NCBI GenBank assembly: GCA_965238275.1
Contig: OZ250186.1
Location: 1,184,001 to 1,248,000, forward strand
Origin: Nitrosopumilus sp.
GTDB taxonomy: Archaea > Thermoproteota > Nitrososphaeria > Nitrososphaerales > Nitrosopumilaceae
DNA length: 64,000 nt
Direction: 5' to 3'
The notes below the pieces were generated by a model, which was not told where the DNA came from, did no database searches, and saw nothing but the letters and a program-made list of their open reading frames with translations. This document shows, piece by piece, positions 48,680 through 62,174 of this stretch. The position numbers were made by a program, and so were the translations under genes. Positions within the stretch are counted from its first letter, which is position 1. Each line of letters starts with the position of its first letter.

Positions 48680-49140
48680 AGCTTAACGCCAAGGCCAACA
48701 GGTACGTGACCAAGAAAAAGGCAGGCCCAAGGAAGGCCGGCAGGCCCAAGGGGCAAAAACCCACCATCGCATCGACCGCGTCGAGGAGATCGACTGCAAG
48801 GAATGTTGGTGTTGACTGTCGCGTCGCTGGAAGGGTTCCCGGCGCGGCAAAACACGCGCGCCGTTCATCAAACTTTGATGCGGCCATGACATAATCGCGT
48901 CAAGATCAGGCAGGCAGAGCGCATGCGTTGGATTTTGTGGCACGGATCATGAATTTTCAGGATCAAAGACGGGCACACGAGGATCGTCGCGGCCCACTGC
49001 ATAGACGCGGAGCTGCGCGGGCTGATGAACGAACCGTTTCGATGGGCACGGCACCTCCGGGAGGGATACTTTATGACCACTGCACGTGGACGGCATCGAG
49101 CCGGACAACAACGCAGTGGAGAGGGTCAACCATGGCTACA
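48680..49140 (+). pseudogene. Decayed IS66 transposase remnant
   Basis: KAGRPKGQK and, further downstream, DGIEPDNNAVERVN. Confidence 0.55.
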
Positions 49141-49292
49141 GTTGAGGCATCATTTCAAATTTTCTTCATTTCCACTCCACGCATGGCTACTTTCAAAAAA
49201 TCATGTGCAGCATCCACTACGGGCAATGCGCGATTCTGACGTCGTGCCGGACAGTCATTCTGCGCGGTACTCTTGGCCCGTCGGGCCGTCCA

Positions 49293-51375
49293 CTACCGTC
49301 TCCTCCGCCGGGGCATCTTTCTTTTGAACGCCCGTGCCGGAGTCTCGAGGTTGTCCCAGTCAATGGACATGTGCGGCCAGTCGTGGTTGTACCACTCCAT
49401 GAACCGTTCCACGGGATCCCTTGCAGGCGCGACGCAAAACGGCCCTCCCACGTGGGAGTCTTCTGACGCGCCGCGCTTGGTCTTGGCAGACGATGCGGCC
49501 TCGAACCGGCGCAGCTTGCGCTGCATCTCCCCGTGCAGGCGCTCCAGCTTGCCGTTTGTCTGCGGGTGCCGCACGCGCGCCAGCATGTGCCTGATTCCAA
49601 GCTCGACTAGCCTCTGCTCGAACCTGGAGGCTCCCTTCCTCTTGGCCTCGGACTCTGTGGCGTAGAACCGGGTGCCGCGGTCCGTCAGGATCGATGCGGG
49701 CTTGCCGTGGTTTTTTATGGCCCCGCTGAGCACCTTCAGGGCGTTTTCGGTGGTCGCCTCCTGAGACTTGATTCATAATTGGCATCTTGGGACTGCCTGA
49801 TGACCAGAAAAGATCAAGTGCCACCATTTCCAGTCCCATGTCATGTTGACACTTGGAAAACTGAGAGGAAACGTCAGAATGTTCAAGGCGTGTACCGGGA
49901 TGCCCCTCCAGCAGTTTGATATTTTGCTTGCAAACGTGGAGAAGGCATACCCTGACGGGGAGACAAAGAGGCTCTCCCGGAAATCCCGGAAGCGCGGGAT
50001 CGGCGCCGGACGCCGGCATTCGCTGGACATGCCAAAACGGGTGCTTGCGCTGCTGGTCCATTATAGGACGTACGCCACGCAAGACGTCCTTGCAGCACTG
50101 TTCAAAGTCGGCCAGGCCACGATATCCCGTTCCATTGATCAGGTTGCCCCGACCGTGAGGCAGTCGGCTCCAATCCCGGCAAAAATCTGCGCAGAGTCCA
50201 GAAAGACATCTGGCATGGACGAACTCGAGGGCATGTTTCCCGGACTGCCGTGCCTGACTGACGCCTCCGAGCAGCAGATCCAGAGGCCAAAACGCAAGGA
50301 CATGGAAAAAGTCCCACTATTCGGGCAAGGCCCACGGACGCACCTCCAAGGTGCAGTACACGACAACGTGGGACGAGTTGATAGTCCACAACGCCAGGCA
50401 CTCCCAGGGATCCAGGCATGACGCAAAGGTCTACAGGATGAGGCATCCCACGTTTCCCGCGGATCTGCAGTATGCCGGAGAGCCTTCCGATGAACGCCAC
50501 CGGAAGCGCACGGCCCTGAGGCACTATGGCGACAACGGGTGCGTCGGGGCGGCAAAGGCAGCCAAGGGCATCGGCATGGTGCTGCCAATCAAGAAAAAAC
50601 CCGGCTTGGAGCTTACCCCCCTGGAGAAAGGCTACAACAAAACCCACTCCAAGATCCGGGTGCGGGCGGAACACGCCATCCGCAGGGTCAAGGCATTCAG
50701 AATGATGGGCGGGGTGTACCGGAACCCGCTGAAAAAACACGATCGAGCCAACTACACCGTGTGCGGGCTGGTCAACCAAAGGGCTCTCCTGAAGAGGGCC
50801 GGAATCTGCTGAGCGCGGCATGCCAAAATGCAGGCAAGTGCGTTTGGTTTCTAATTACGGATCAAGTCTCTGGAACACCCCTAAGCCGGTCACGAAGCGC
50901 GAGGCGTCGTCCTCGTAGCACAGGAACCGCCTGCCGTCGTCAAGCTGTTTGTAGTCGGTGTGCCGCATCGAGTTGGGGCGCTCGCGCTCGTAGCGGATCC
51001 GCTTGCGGCGCCGGCTCTTCTTTGGCTGGGTGTCTGCAAAATCGGCACCCTTCAATATCCTGTGCAGGGCGTTGTGCGGGATATGTATTCCGGCAAGCGA
51101 CCTTATGATGCGCTCCGGATGCTGCCCCGCGGATCCCGTCTGACGCGGCCGATAAAACCGCGGAATGATCCCGCCGCCCGGGCGCGCACTTTTTGGGCCT
51201 GCCTGCCTGCCCATGGGGGCGCGGGGCATGCGATCTTGTCCTCGTCCTTGTACCTCTTCCACAGCTCTTGGATCTTGGACCTACACCCCCATGCTTGCAG
51301 CGACTCCTTGTTGCGGGAGTCCTTGCGCTTCTCTTGGATGATCCATTCGACTTTGGACCGTTCAATCTTTTTCAT
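49293..51375 (-). pseudogene. IS481-like (rve) transposase, frameshifted and interrupted
   Basis: RYERERPNS..HTDYK, EDDASRF, ILTDRGTRF, HPQTNGKLERLH, WYNH. Confidence 0.82.
49764..50869 (+). mobile_element. IS5-family (ISL2-like) element with frameshifted transposase (49843-50812)
   Basis: TIR AGACTTGAT(T/C)C(A/G)TAATT; TSD CTG; one extra A in GAAAAAG (about 50305) breaks MEKSHYSGK. Confidence 0.88.
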
Positions 51376-51691
51376 TACTCGCACTCTCCGTCTTCCCATA
51401 TGGCGCCACACGGCCGAGCGTCTCCGCCGGCGGCGGACCCACGCACCGTCGTTTCCAGTAAGGGACAGGCTGACTGCATTTCTCAGGGATTTTGCACGCG
51501 ATGCCATGCCGGCGAGAATGTCTGTCATGGGGCATGTCCACCCCAGGCCGGAGCCTCATGTGGGGTGTGGGTGAACAACTTTTGGGACTATACACAAAAC
51601 CGTACGTTCGTCCATTGTAACGAGGACACGATGAAATTCGTCAACTTTTGACCGCTTCACTGAACAAAGTTTGAAAACCTGGCGGATGGGC

Positions 51692-51699
51692 TATAAATA
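51692..51699 (+). promoter_or_regulatory. TATA box of the integrase gene
   Basis: TATAAATA about 25-30 nt upstream of GTG 51723. Confidence 0.5.
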
Positions 51700-51722
51700 T
51701 TGAAAACGTGTAATGAAGGGCA

Positions 51723-53507
<1,785 letters not shown>

Positions 53508-53566
53508 TTTTTTGACATGGAACCGGGCCCCCGCGCAGGACCGTGCCAAGATCATCATCCCTTGCC

Positions 53567-53605
53567 CTGCCTGCCTGCCTGCCTGCCTGATGCCTGCCTG
53601 ATGCC
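53567..53605. repeat. (CCTG)n microsatellite
   Basis: Six CCTG units, then interrupted units. Confidence 0.8.
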
Positions 53606-54257
53606 CGCCGGCGTGGCAATCGCCCCTGCCCTTTGCGCGGCGCCGGGCGCCGCCGGTCCTTTTGTCCGGCTTTGCGCCGATGCTCCCTGCAACGGCAGCC
53701 CATGTGACGCCCTTTGCCTCCTGCAACCCTGCCGCGGGATCCTGGACCTGCCTGGGGGCGACAGCGCAAAGATCAGCGGGCCTGGCCACCTGCCGGTCTT
53801 TTTTGGCCGCCTGCCCTTCCATCATCCCCGCTTTCCCCCAGTCCTGCAATCCTTGACTCGGAACCTTCATCAGGCATGATGCAAACCGTGGGAAACGATG
53901 ATCCAAATTGGAATGGAGAGAAATTTGAGCAGATGCTCAAAAATAATTTCAAAAAATTACACAATTACACAAAAATATGTTCCATATAATGTATTACGGC
54001 GCCTAGTTTGGTGCATTTGTATCCCTGCCGGCAAGCCGTCCCGGAACCGCCCCGACTGCTACGCACGGTTTTGGCCGGGCCGGTCCTGCACGGGACTCAT
54101 GAAAGGTTATTTATGGAAGTATGTAGCCAAATTATACATTATGATTAGGCAAAACATCCAATCTATGGTGCGTAATACATTTTACGCACCACGTATTCGC
54201 AATGAAAGCGCACGTCGGAAGCCGCGCCGCTACGCGGGGGGGAAGGGGAATAGTTGC

Positions 54258-56135
54258 ATGACGGTGCCCAAGGCCGTGCTGCTCTCAGTCTTGGTTGCCG
54301 CGGCGGTATTCTCCGCGCTCGGCCTTGCGGATCAGTTCCAAGTCGGCGGCATTGACGCAGGCAGCATGGTGCCAGGGCACGCCTTTGCACAGGCAACGAC
54401 AGATGAGACGGCACCGAAGTTCTCCTCTGCCGCGCTTGACCGCGGCACCGGCGTGCTGGTGGTAACCTTTGACGAGGTGATAGACGCCGGCAGCATCGAT
54501 CCTGCCAAGTTCCACGTAAGGGCGCAGGACGATTCCACCGGCTACGTCACGCTGTCTATAGCGGAGCTTGACACGGATGCCGATTCTGCAACGGTCGCAT
54601 TCACGCTGAATCTTGCCAACCTCGCGACGGTAAACTTGCTGAGCGTGCCGGAACTTGCGATCGATCCCTCGGTCGTCTCTGACTTGAACGGAAACGGGTT
54701 CGTGGGCACCATTGACGTGACTAGCGCCTCCTACACGGGCAATTTTTCAGTCGGATCCCAGGATGACACCCCCACCGGCATCGCCTTCTCCCCCGACGGA
54801 ACAAAGATGTTCGTGGTCGGAGATGGCCGCGACAGCGTGTTCGGGTACGCGCTGTCCGACCCCTTTGACGTGACCGGCACCATCACCCACACGGGCAGTT
54901 TTTCAGTCGGATCCCAGGATGCCATCCCCACCGGCATCGCGCTCTCCCCCGACGGAACAAAGATGTTCGTGGTCGGAGGCAACAACGACAGCGTGTTCGG
55001 GTACGCGCTGTCCGACCCCTTTGACGTGACCGGCACCATCACCCACACGGGCAGTTTTTCAGTCGGATCCCAGGATGCCATCCCCACCGGCATCGCCTTC
55101 TCCCCGGACGGAACGAAGATGTTCGTGGTCGGAGAAGAACACGGCTCCGTGTACGAGTACGCGCTGTCCGACCCCTTTGACGTGACCGGTAACATTACCC
55201 ACACGGGCAGTTTTTCAGTCGGATCCCAGGATGACACCCCCACCGGCATCGCGCTCTCCCCCGACGGAACAAAGATGTTCGTGGTCGGAGATGGCAACGA
55301 CAGCGTGTTCGGGTACGCGCTGTCCGACCCCTTTGACGTGACCGGCAACATCACCCACACGGGCAGTTTTTCAGTCGGATCCCCCCTTGAATACCCAATA
55401 TCGATAAACGGCCACGGGTACCTGCTGGGAGGCGCCCGGAACACGCTGGAGCCGCAGACGGTGCGCGCAGGCGAGGAGACCACCATCACGTTCACCATAT
55501 ACGACATCTCGCCGATAACGCACTTTACGATGTACATGAACCTGCACGGTTCTGACGACCAATATTCTGACAGCGACACCTACGTCAGGTACGACGCCGG
55601 CAGCGTCCTGACAGCCGACCCGCACGGCCTCATGGAATCATCTGCCGTCACGATCCAGGCCGACGGAGACAGGCAGACGGCCACGTTTACCATCACGTTT
55701 GCAGGCGCCATGGAGCAGACCAACATCGTGGTACGGCTGTGGAACGCCGACCTGTCATTGCTGAACGTGCAGGTGCTGGACGCCTTTGAGGTGGTTGCCA
55801 CGCCCGAGTCGGCAGCTACCACCACCACCACCATCCCCGCCCCTGATGCAATCGTGGATCCTGAGCCCGGCGATGATGCCACGGCCGAATCCGGGGTAGG
55901 CCCCGGATCCGCGGCATCGCCCGGAACCGCGATGGACGTGCTGAAGAGGTGGGCAGGCTTTGCACCCGAGGTTGCCACCGACGCCGAGCTGCTCGAAGCG
56001 CTGGGCTTGGACTATCCGGGGGCCGACATCCCCGGCTGGGTGATGACCGAGCTGGGCCCGCTGGTGGCCAAGGGGCACGTCACGATGAGCGAGTTTATCG
56101 CGGCGCTGGAGTACGTGCTGGGGGAGGACGCGTAG
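54258..56135 (+). CDS. Secreted/surface protein with four 52-aa beta-propeller repeats and a thaumarchaeal-type C-terminal anchor
   Basis: Signal peptide ending AFAQ; 156-bp repeats 54733-55383 (PTGIAFSPDGTKMFVVG); IPGWV..G.VTMSEFIAALEYVL. Confidence 0.85.
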   Translation: MTVPKAVLLSVLVAAAVFSALGLADQFQVGGIDAGSMVPGHAFAQATTDETAPKFSSAALDRGTGVLVVTFDEVIDAGSIDPAKFHVRAQDDSTGYVTLSIAELDTDADSATVAFTLNLANLATVNLLSVPELAIDPSVVSDLNGNGFVGTIDVTSASYTGNFSVGSQDDTPTGIAFSPDGTKMFVVGDGRDSVFGYALSDPFDVTGTITHTGSFSVGSQDAIPTGIALSPDGTKMFVVGGNNDSVFGYALSDPFDVTGTITHTGSFSVGSQDAIPTGIAFSPDGTKMFVVGEEHGSVYEYALSDPFDVTGNITHTGSFSVGSQDDTPTGIALSPDGTKMFVVGDGNDSVFGYALSDPFDVTGNITHTGSFSVGSPLEYPISINGHGYLLGGARNTLEPQTVRAGEETTITFTIYDISPITHFTMYMNLHGSDDQYSDSDTYVRYDAGSVLTADPHGLMESSAVTIQADGDRQTATFTITFAGAMEQTNIVVRLWNADLSLLNVQVLDAFEVVATPESAATTTTTIPAPDAIVDPEPGDDATAESGVGPGSAASPGTAMDVLKRWAGFAPEVATDAELLEALGLDYPGADIPGWVMTELGPLVAKGHVTMSEFIAALEYVLGEDA

Positions 56136-56444
56136 CCAACAACCTGGTCGGGAGACATGATGATGCTGACAAGACCGCGACTGCCTGCCTGCCTGCAGGG
56201 ACGCGCCGGGCCACTCTTGAAGGAGGAGAGGGGGGGGGGGGTTGGTACCCGACGTGAAACTCGTTGAATTGCACGACGGCCGGGGAATCGTGCCCGGCGG
56301 TGCATGGCGCCGTCATATTTTCAGGCCATGCGGTACATGGCGCCGGATACGTAAAGCTGAGGGCCCACACGCCGGCGCGCACAGCATGCGGCCGGGCTTT
56401 GGCACGACGCCGCGTACGCGGACGGCACCGCGTATCGCCCAAGG

Positions 56445-59400
56445 GTGGGGGCCTTGATAAACGACAACACTCCTCCCGGCAAACCGGATCCGTCAACCCT
56501 TGACGCTTTCGGATCCTCCGTGGCAGGCAATAGGCGGCCTGACGGCGACGGCACCGGACTGTCCGGGAACAGGCGTGGCGGCTCTGCGCCGCCGATCCGG
56601 CGGCAGGCCGCATTGGTGCTGGTAGCCGTGCTGCTCTCAGTCCTGGTTGCCGCGGCGGCATTCTCCGCGCCCGGCCTTGCAGACAGGTCCCAAGTCGGCG
56701 GCATTGGCGCGGGCGCGCCGGCAGGCATGCTGCCTGCGTGGGTGCCAGAACGCGCCTTTGCGCAGACCTCCCAGGATCCGCCGACGTTTGTCTCGGCCAC
56801 GCTTAACAATGGCACCGGCCTGCTGACGGTGATATTTGACAAGACGATAGACGTCGCGCAGATCGATCCCGCAAAGTTCCACGTGAGGGAGGCCGGGACG
56901 CCTGCCCACACAGTTACGCTCTCGACACCGGAGCTTGACACTACTGCGAACTCTTCGACGATCACCTTCACGCTCAACTCCGCCCACCTGGCTGCCGTGA
57001 ACGAGCTGACTACGCCCGAGCTCGTAATAGATTCGGGCGCCGTCACTGACACGAACAGCAACGCGTTCGGGGCCACCTTTGACGTCTCCACGGCCTCGTA
57101 CGAGCGCCAGTTTTCAGTCGGATCCAATGACACCAGCCCCACAGGCCTCGCCTTTGCCCCCGGCGGCATCAAGATGTTCGTCTTGGGAGACGAAAACGAC
57201 AGCGTGTACGAGTACGCGCTGTCCACGGCATTTGACATCTCCACGGCCTCGTACGAGCGCCAGTTTTCAGTCGGATCCAATGACACCAGCCCCACAGGCG
57301 TCGCCTTTGCCCCCAGCGGCATCAAGATGTTCGTCTTGGAAGACCAAACCGACAGCGTGTACGAGTACTCGCTGTCCACGGCATTTGACGTCTCCACGGC
57401 CTCGTACACGGACTTGTTTTCAATCACCGCTACAGTTACCTCCCCAACGGACGTCGCCTTTAACCCCGTCGGAACAAAGATGCTCGTCACGGAAGACCAA
57501 AACAACCGCGTGTACGAGTACGCGCTGTCCACGGCATTTGACGTCTCCACGGCCTCGTACGAGCGCCAGTTTTCAGTCGGATCCAGTGACACCAGCCCCA
57601 CAGGCCTCGCCTTTGCCCCCGCCGGCACCAAGATGTTCGTCTTGGGAGACCAAAACGACAGCGTGTACGAGTACGCGCTGTCCACGGCATTTGACGTCTC
57701 CACGGCCTCGTACGAGCACCAGTTTTCAGTCGGATCCAGTGACACCAGCCCCACAGGCCTCGCCTTTGCCCCCGCCGGCACCAAGATGTTCGTCTTGGGA
57801 GACCAAAACAACCGCGTGTACGAGTACGCGCTGGGCTCCTCCTTTGACCTGACGCTGACCGAGGAGGGCAACCGGAGGCCGACTGCCGATGCAGGAGGCC
57901 CGTACCAGCCCGTAGGCGAGGGGGACACGGTCACGCTGAACGGCACCGGCTCGTCTGATCGCGACACCGGCACCACCCTGATGTACTTGTGGAATCACAC
58001 CGGCAGCCCGGCCGTCACGCTGACCAACCCCACGACCGCGTCCCCGACGTTCACCGCGCCGGAGGTAGAACCGCCAAGCACCACGGTGAGGTTCACCCTT
58101 ACCGTATCTGACGGGAGTCTGAACCACACCGACACGGTCATCATCACGGTCAGAAACGTGGTCAAGGAACCCGTCGCCGACGCCGGCGATGACTTGGAAG
58201 TCGGCGAGAATAGCAGGGTAACCCTGTCGGGTCCTTCTGCAACCGACCCACAAAACGACTTCCTGACGTATCGGTGGACGCAAGCCCCGGCAGATGCGGG
58301 AGTGGTATTCGACAACTCCACTTCGCTGCAGCCGACCATCACCGTGCCTGCCGTGGACGCGGACACCACCATAACCCTCACCCTGACTGCCCGCGACGGC
58401 GGCAGCAATGAGGGGACTGACTCGCTTGCCCTTTTGGTAAGAGAGACGGGCACGGCGTTCATCACCACGTGGCGCACCACCGCTCCAAGCGAGTCCATAA
58501 CCATCCCTGGTACCAGCTCGTACCGCGTCATCTGGGGCGACGGCGCGGCAGACAACGAAACCAACGAGGCGACGCACGAGTACCCTAACGCCGGCACCTA
58601 CCGGGTCGTAATCACCGGCGGCCTTGAGGCGATTCGCCTGCACGACAACGCGGCCAACGCAGCCAAGCTCGCCTCGATAGAACAGTGGGGCAACACCTCC
58701 TGGACCACCATGGAGAACGCATTACGTGGCGCATCCAACATGGTCTACAACGCAGGTGATGCCCCCGACCTGTCCCGAGTCTACAACATGTCCCGCATGT
58801 TCGTCGGCGCCTCCGCCCTCAACGGCAACCTCTCCGGCTGGGACACCTCGAGCGTCACCGACATGAGATCCGTGTTCTACAACGCCACCGCCTTCAACGG
58901 CGACATCTCCGGCTGGACCACGTCGTCTGTCACGACCATGCACGCCATGTTCGCCGGCGCCTCCGCCTTCAACGGCGACATCTCCGGCTGGACCACGTCG
59001 TCTGTCACGACCATGCGCGGCATGTTCAACGTCGCCACCGCCTTCAACGGCACCCTCTCCGGCTGGACCACCTCGAACGTCACCGACATGAGCCGCTTGT
59101 TCGACGGCGCCTCCGCCTTCAACGGCGACATCTCCGGCTGGGACGTCAGGCGCGTTACCGACATGGCGCAAATGTTTTTCGGCGCCTCCGCCTTCAACGG
59201 CGACATCTCCGGCTGGACCACGTCGTCTGTCACGACCATGCGCGGCATGTTCCAGAGCGCCTCCGCCTTCAACGGCGACATCTCCGGCTGGACCACCTCG
59301 GACGTCACCGACATGGCCGGCATGTTCCACAGCGCCACCGCCTTCAACGGCAACATCTCCGGCTGGAACGTCTCGTCTGTCACCACCATGCGCGCCATGT

Positions 59401-62174
59401 TCAACGTCGCCACCGCCTTCAACGGCACCCTCTCCGGCTGGACCACCTCGAACGTCACCGACATGGCCGCCATGTTCGCCGTCGCCTCCGCCTTCAATCA
59501 GGATCTCAACGACTGGGACACCTCGTCTGTCACGACCATGAGTGACATGTTCGCCCGCGCCTCCTCCTTCAACCGGGACCTCTCCGACTGGGACGTCAGG
59601 CGCGTTACCGACATGGCGCAAATGTTTTTAGGCGCCTCCGCCTTCAACGGCGACATCTCCGACTGGAACACGTCGTCTGTCACGACCATGCGCAGCATGT
59701 TCCAGAGCGCCACCGCCTTCAACCAAGACCTCGACGACTGGACCACCTCGGACGTCACCAACATGGCCGGCATGTTCAACGCCGCCACCGCCTTCAACGG
59801 CAACATCTCCGACTGGGGCACCTCGAGCGTCACCGACATGGCATTCATGTTCTCAAATGATGATATACACAACGACACCGCCTTCAACCAGAACCTCAAC
59901 GGCTGGGACGTCTCGTCTGTCACCACCATGCGCGCCATGTTTGCCTATACCTCTGCATTCAATCAGGATCTCAACGACTGGGACACCTCGTCTGTCACCG
60001 ACATGGCATACATGTTCGACGTCACCGCCTTCAACGGCGACATCTCCGACTGGGACGTCTCGTCTGTCACCAACATGACATACATGTTCCGGCAAACCGA
60101 GGCCTTCGACCGGAACCTCGGAAAATGGTACACCACGCCTGGCGCCGTCACCGTAAACCCCACTACCCTCCCCGGACAGGTCACCACCCTGTCCGCCCAG
60201 AACGCCATCTTGGACGGACACAGCCCGACCTACGCGATAGGGACCGGCCACGACTCGATCCTCTTTGAGATCACCGGCGGCAACGTCCTGAACATGACTG
60301 AGGCCAATCCCGCCTGCACCCCCTGCACAGTCAACGTGACTGCCACGGGAACCCTCTTTGGGAGCGACAGCAGCTACAGGCTCATCTCGGTGAATCTGGT
60401 CGACGAATCCCACTTCGTCACCATCTGGGAGACGACTGCTGCAGACGAGGAGATAAGATTCATCAGCCACGGCGAGTTCAACGTGGACTGGGGCGACGGC
60501 ACATCAGACAATGACCTCACCGGAGACAGGCAAACACGCACGCACACGTATGACCGCGTCGACACGTACACCGTGACAATGTCAGGCCAACCCGAGCGAA
60601 TCTACTCGACTTCTGCCAACATCCGCTCCATCGAGCAGTGGGGTGACATCGGGTGGACGAGCATGAACTCCATGTTCTATGATGCTGCCAACTTGGTATC
60701 CCGCGCAACCGACGTACCGGACCTCTCGGGCGTGGCATCCACAGCCGATATGTTCGCCGGCGCCTCCTCCTTCAACGGCGACCTCTCCGGCTGGGACGTC
60801 TCGTCTGTCACCGACATGGTCTCCATGTTCGAAGGCGCCTCCGCCTTCAACGGCGACATCTCCGGCTGGAACGTCTCGTCTGTCCGCTACATGGGAAACA
60901 TGTTCGACGGCGCCTCCGTATTCAACCAGACCCTCAACGGCTGGGACACCTCGAGAGTCACCACCATGCTCCGCATGTTCGCCGGCGCCTCCGCCTTCAA
61001 CGGCAACATCTCCGGCTGGGACGTCTCGTCTGTCACCGACATGGTCTCCATGTTCGAAGGCGCCTCCGCCTTCAACGGCGACATCTCCGGGTGGACCCCC
61101 TCGAGCGTCACCCAAATGGGAAGCATGTTCTGGCGCGCCACGGCATTCAACGGCGACATCTCCGGGTGGGACGTCAGACGCGTCACCACCATGCCCAACA
61201 TGTTCTTCGGCGCCACGGCATTCAACGGCGACCTCTCCGGGTGGATCCCCTCGAGAGTCACCACCATGAACGGCATGTTCGCCGGCGCCTCCTCCTTCAA
61301 CGGCGACATCTCCGGCTGGAACGTCTCGTCTGTCCGCTACATGGGAAACATGTTCAACGGCGCCGCCTCCTTTGACCAGCCCCTCAACGGCTGGAACGTC
61401 TCGTCCGTGACTGACATGTCCAGCATGTTTGACGGCGCCGAAATGTTCCATCAGAACCTGGGCAACTGGTACGTCGTGATAGATAACACTACCATCGACC
61501 GATCCGAAATAACGCCGGCAGCCGTCCGCGGCATAGCCGCGCAAAACGGCTTCCTCGGGAACCACAACGCCACGTACGGCATCGGCCCCGGCGGCGACTC
61601 GGACCTCTTTGAAATCTCGGCTGACAACATGCTCCGCATGGTCTCGCAGGGCAGCAGGGACTCATACACGGTCAACATTACCGCCTCGGGCCAACACGTG
61701 TTCGAGGGCGAAAACAACTGGCGCGAGGTAAGTGTGATGCTGATCGGCTCCCACGACCCCGACGCGTTTGTCACCACTTGGAAGACTGGCAGTAACGACG
61801 AGTCCGTAACCATCCCGGGCACCGGGAGCTACATGGTCGACTGGGGCGACGGCACCGCCGGCACCTCCGAAGCGGACGACGCGACCCACACGTACAACGA
61901 CGCCTATACCTACAGGGTCTCGATCACCGGCGACCTTGAGCGAATAGACCTGAGCGGCGACCCGGACAACGCGGACAAGATCGTGTCGATAAACCAGTGG
62001 GGGACGATCTCTTGGACCACGATGGAGGATGCCTTTGCAAATGCCAGAAACATGCAATACAGCGCAACCGACGCCCCGAACCTCTCGGGCGTGGCGTCCA
62101 CAGGCGATATGTTCAACGGCGCCTCCTCCTTCAACGGCGACATCTCCGGGTGGGACGGTCTGTCACCGACATGA
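56445..62174 (+). CDS. Giant surface protein, part 1: beta-propeller, PKD-like domains, DUF285/BspA-like arrays
   Basis: 153-bp repeats 57078-57835; ADAG Ig/PKD motifs; 75-bp repeats [20 protein letters not shown] at 58818-60130 and 60771-61472. Confidence 0.88.
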   Translation: MGALINDNTPPGKPDPSTLDAFGSSVAGNRRPDGDGTGLSGNRRGGSAPPIRRQAALVLVAVLLSVLVAAAAFSAPGLADRSQVGGIGAGAPAGMLPAWVPERAFAQTSQDPPTFVSATLNNGTGLLTVIFDKTIDVAQIDPAKFHVREAGTPAHTVTLSTPELDTTANSSTITFTLNSAHLAAVNELTTPELVIDSGAVTDTNSNAFGATFDVSTASYERQFSVGSNDTSPTGLAFAPGGIKMFVLGDENDSVYEYALSTAFDISTASYERQFSVGSNDTSPTGVAFAPSGIKMFVLEDQTDSVYEYSLSTAFDVSTASYTDLFSITATVTSPTDVAFNPVGTKMLVTEDQNNRVYEYALSTAFDVSTASYERQFSVGSSDTSPTGLAFAPAGTKMFVLGDQNDSVYEYALSTAFDVSTASYEHQFSVGSSDTSPTGLAFAPAGTKMFVLGDQNNRVYEYALGSSFDLTLTEEGNRRPTADAGGPYQPVGEGDTVTLNGTGSSDRDTGTTLMYLWNHTGSPAVTLTNPTTASPTFTAPEVEPPSTTVRFTLTVSDGSLNHTDTVIITVRNVVKEPVADAGDDLEVGENSRVTLSGPSATDPQNDFLTYRWTQAPADAGVVFDNSTSLQPTITVPAVDADTTITLTLTARDGGSNEGTDSLALLVRETGTAFITTWRTTAPSESITIPGTSSYRVIWGDGAADNETNEATHEYPNAGTYRVVITGGLEAIRLHDNAANAAKLASIEQWGNTSWTTMENALRGASNMVYNAGDAPDLSRVYNMSRMFVGASALNGNLSGWDTSSVTDMRSVFYNATAFNGDISGWTTSSVTTMHAMFAGASAFNGDISGWTTSSVTTMRGMFNVATAFNGTLSGWTTSNVTDMSRLFDGASAFNGDISGWDVRRVTDMAQMFFGASAFNGDISGWTTSSVTTMRGMFQSASAFNGDISGWTTSDVTDMAGMFHSATAFNGNISGWNVSSVTTMRAMFNVATAFNGTLSGWTTSNVTDMAAMFAVASAFNQDLNDWDTSSVTTMSDMFARASSFNRDLSDWDVRRVTDMAQMFLGASAFNGDISDWNTSSVTTMRSMFQSATAFNQDLDDWTTSDVTNMAGMFNAATAFNGNISDWGTSSVTDMAFMFSNDDIHNDTAFNQNLNGWDVSSVTTMRAMFAYTSAFNQDLNDWDTSSVTDMAYMFDVTAFNGDISDWDVSSVTNMTYMFRQTEAFDRNLGKWYTTPGAVTVNPTTLPGQVTTLSAQNAILDGHSPTYAIGTGHDSILFEITGGNVLNMTEANPACTPCTVNVTATGTLFGSDSSYRLISVNLVDESHFVTIWETTAADEEIRFISHGEFNVDWGDGTSDNDLTGDRQTRTHTYDRVDTYTVTMSGQPERIYSTSANIRSIEQWGDIGWTSMNSMFYDAANLVSRATDVPDLSGVASTADMFAGASSFNGDLSGWDVSSVTDMVSMFEGASAFNGDISGWNVSSVRYMGNMFDGASVFNQTLNGWDTSRVTTMLRMFAGASAFNGNISGWDVSSVTDMVSMFEGASAFNGDISGWTPSSVTQMGSMFWRATAFNGDISGWDVRRVTTMPNMFFGATAFNGDLSGWIPSRVTTMNGMFAGASSFNGDISGWNVSSVRYMGNMFNGAASFDQPLNGWNVSSVTDMSSMFDGAEMFHQNLGNWYVVIDNTTIDRSEITPAAVRGIAAQNGFLGNHNATYGIGPGGDSDLFEISADNMLRMVSQGSRDSYTVNITASGQHVFEGENNWREVSVMLIGSHDPDAFVTTWKTGSNDESVTIPGTGSYMVDWGDGTAGTSEADDATHTYNDAYTYRVSITGDLERIDLSGDPDNADKIVSINQWGTISWTTMEDAFANARNMQYSATDAPNLSGVASTGDMFNGASSFNGDISGWDGLSPT

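Noticed and set aside
50300-50360. Programmed -1 frameshift in the IS5-type transposase
   Set aside because: Restoring the frame needs removal of one A (+1), which fits a mutation or homopolymer error better.
53898-54257. 120-aa N-terminal extension of the surface protein in the ORF track
   Set aside because: AT-rich, promoter-like sequence; the signal peptide begins at ATG 54258.
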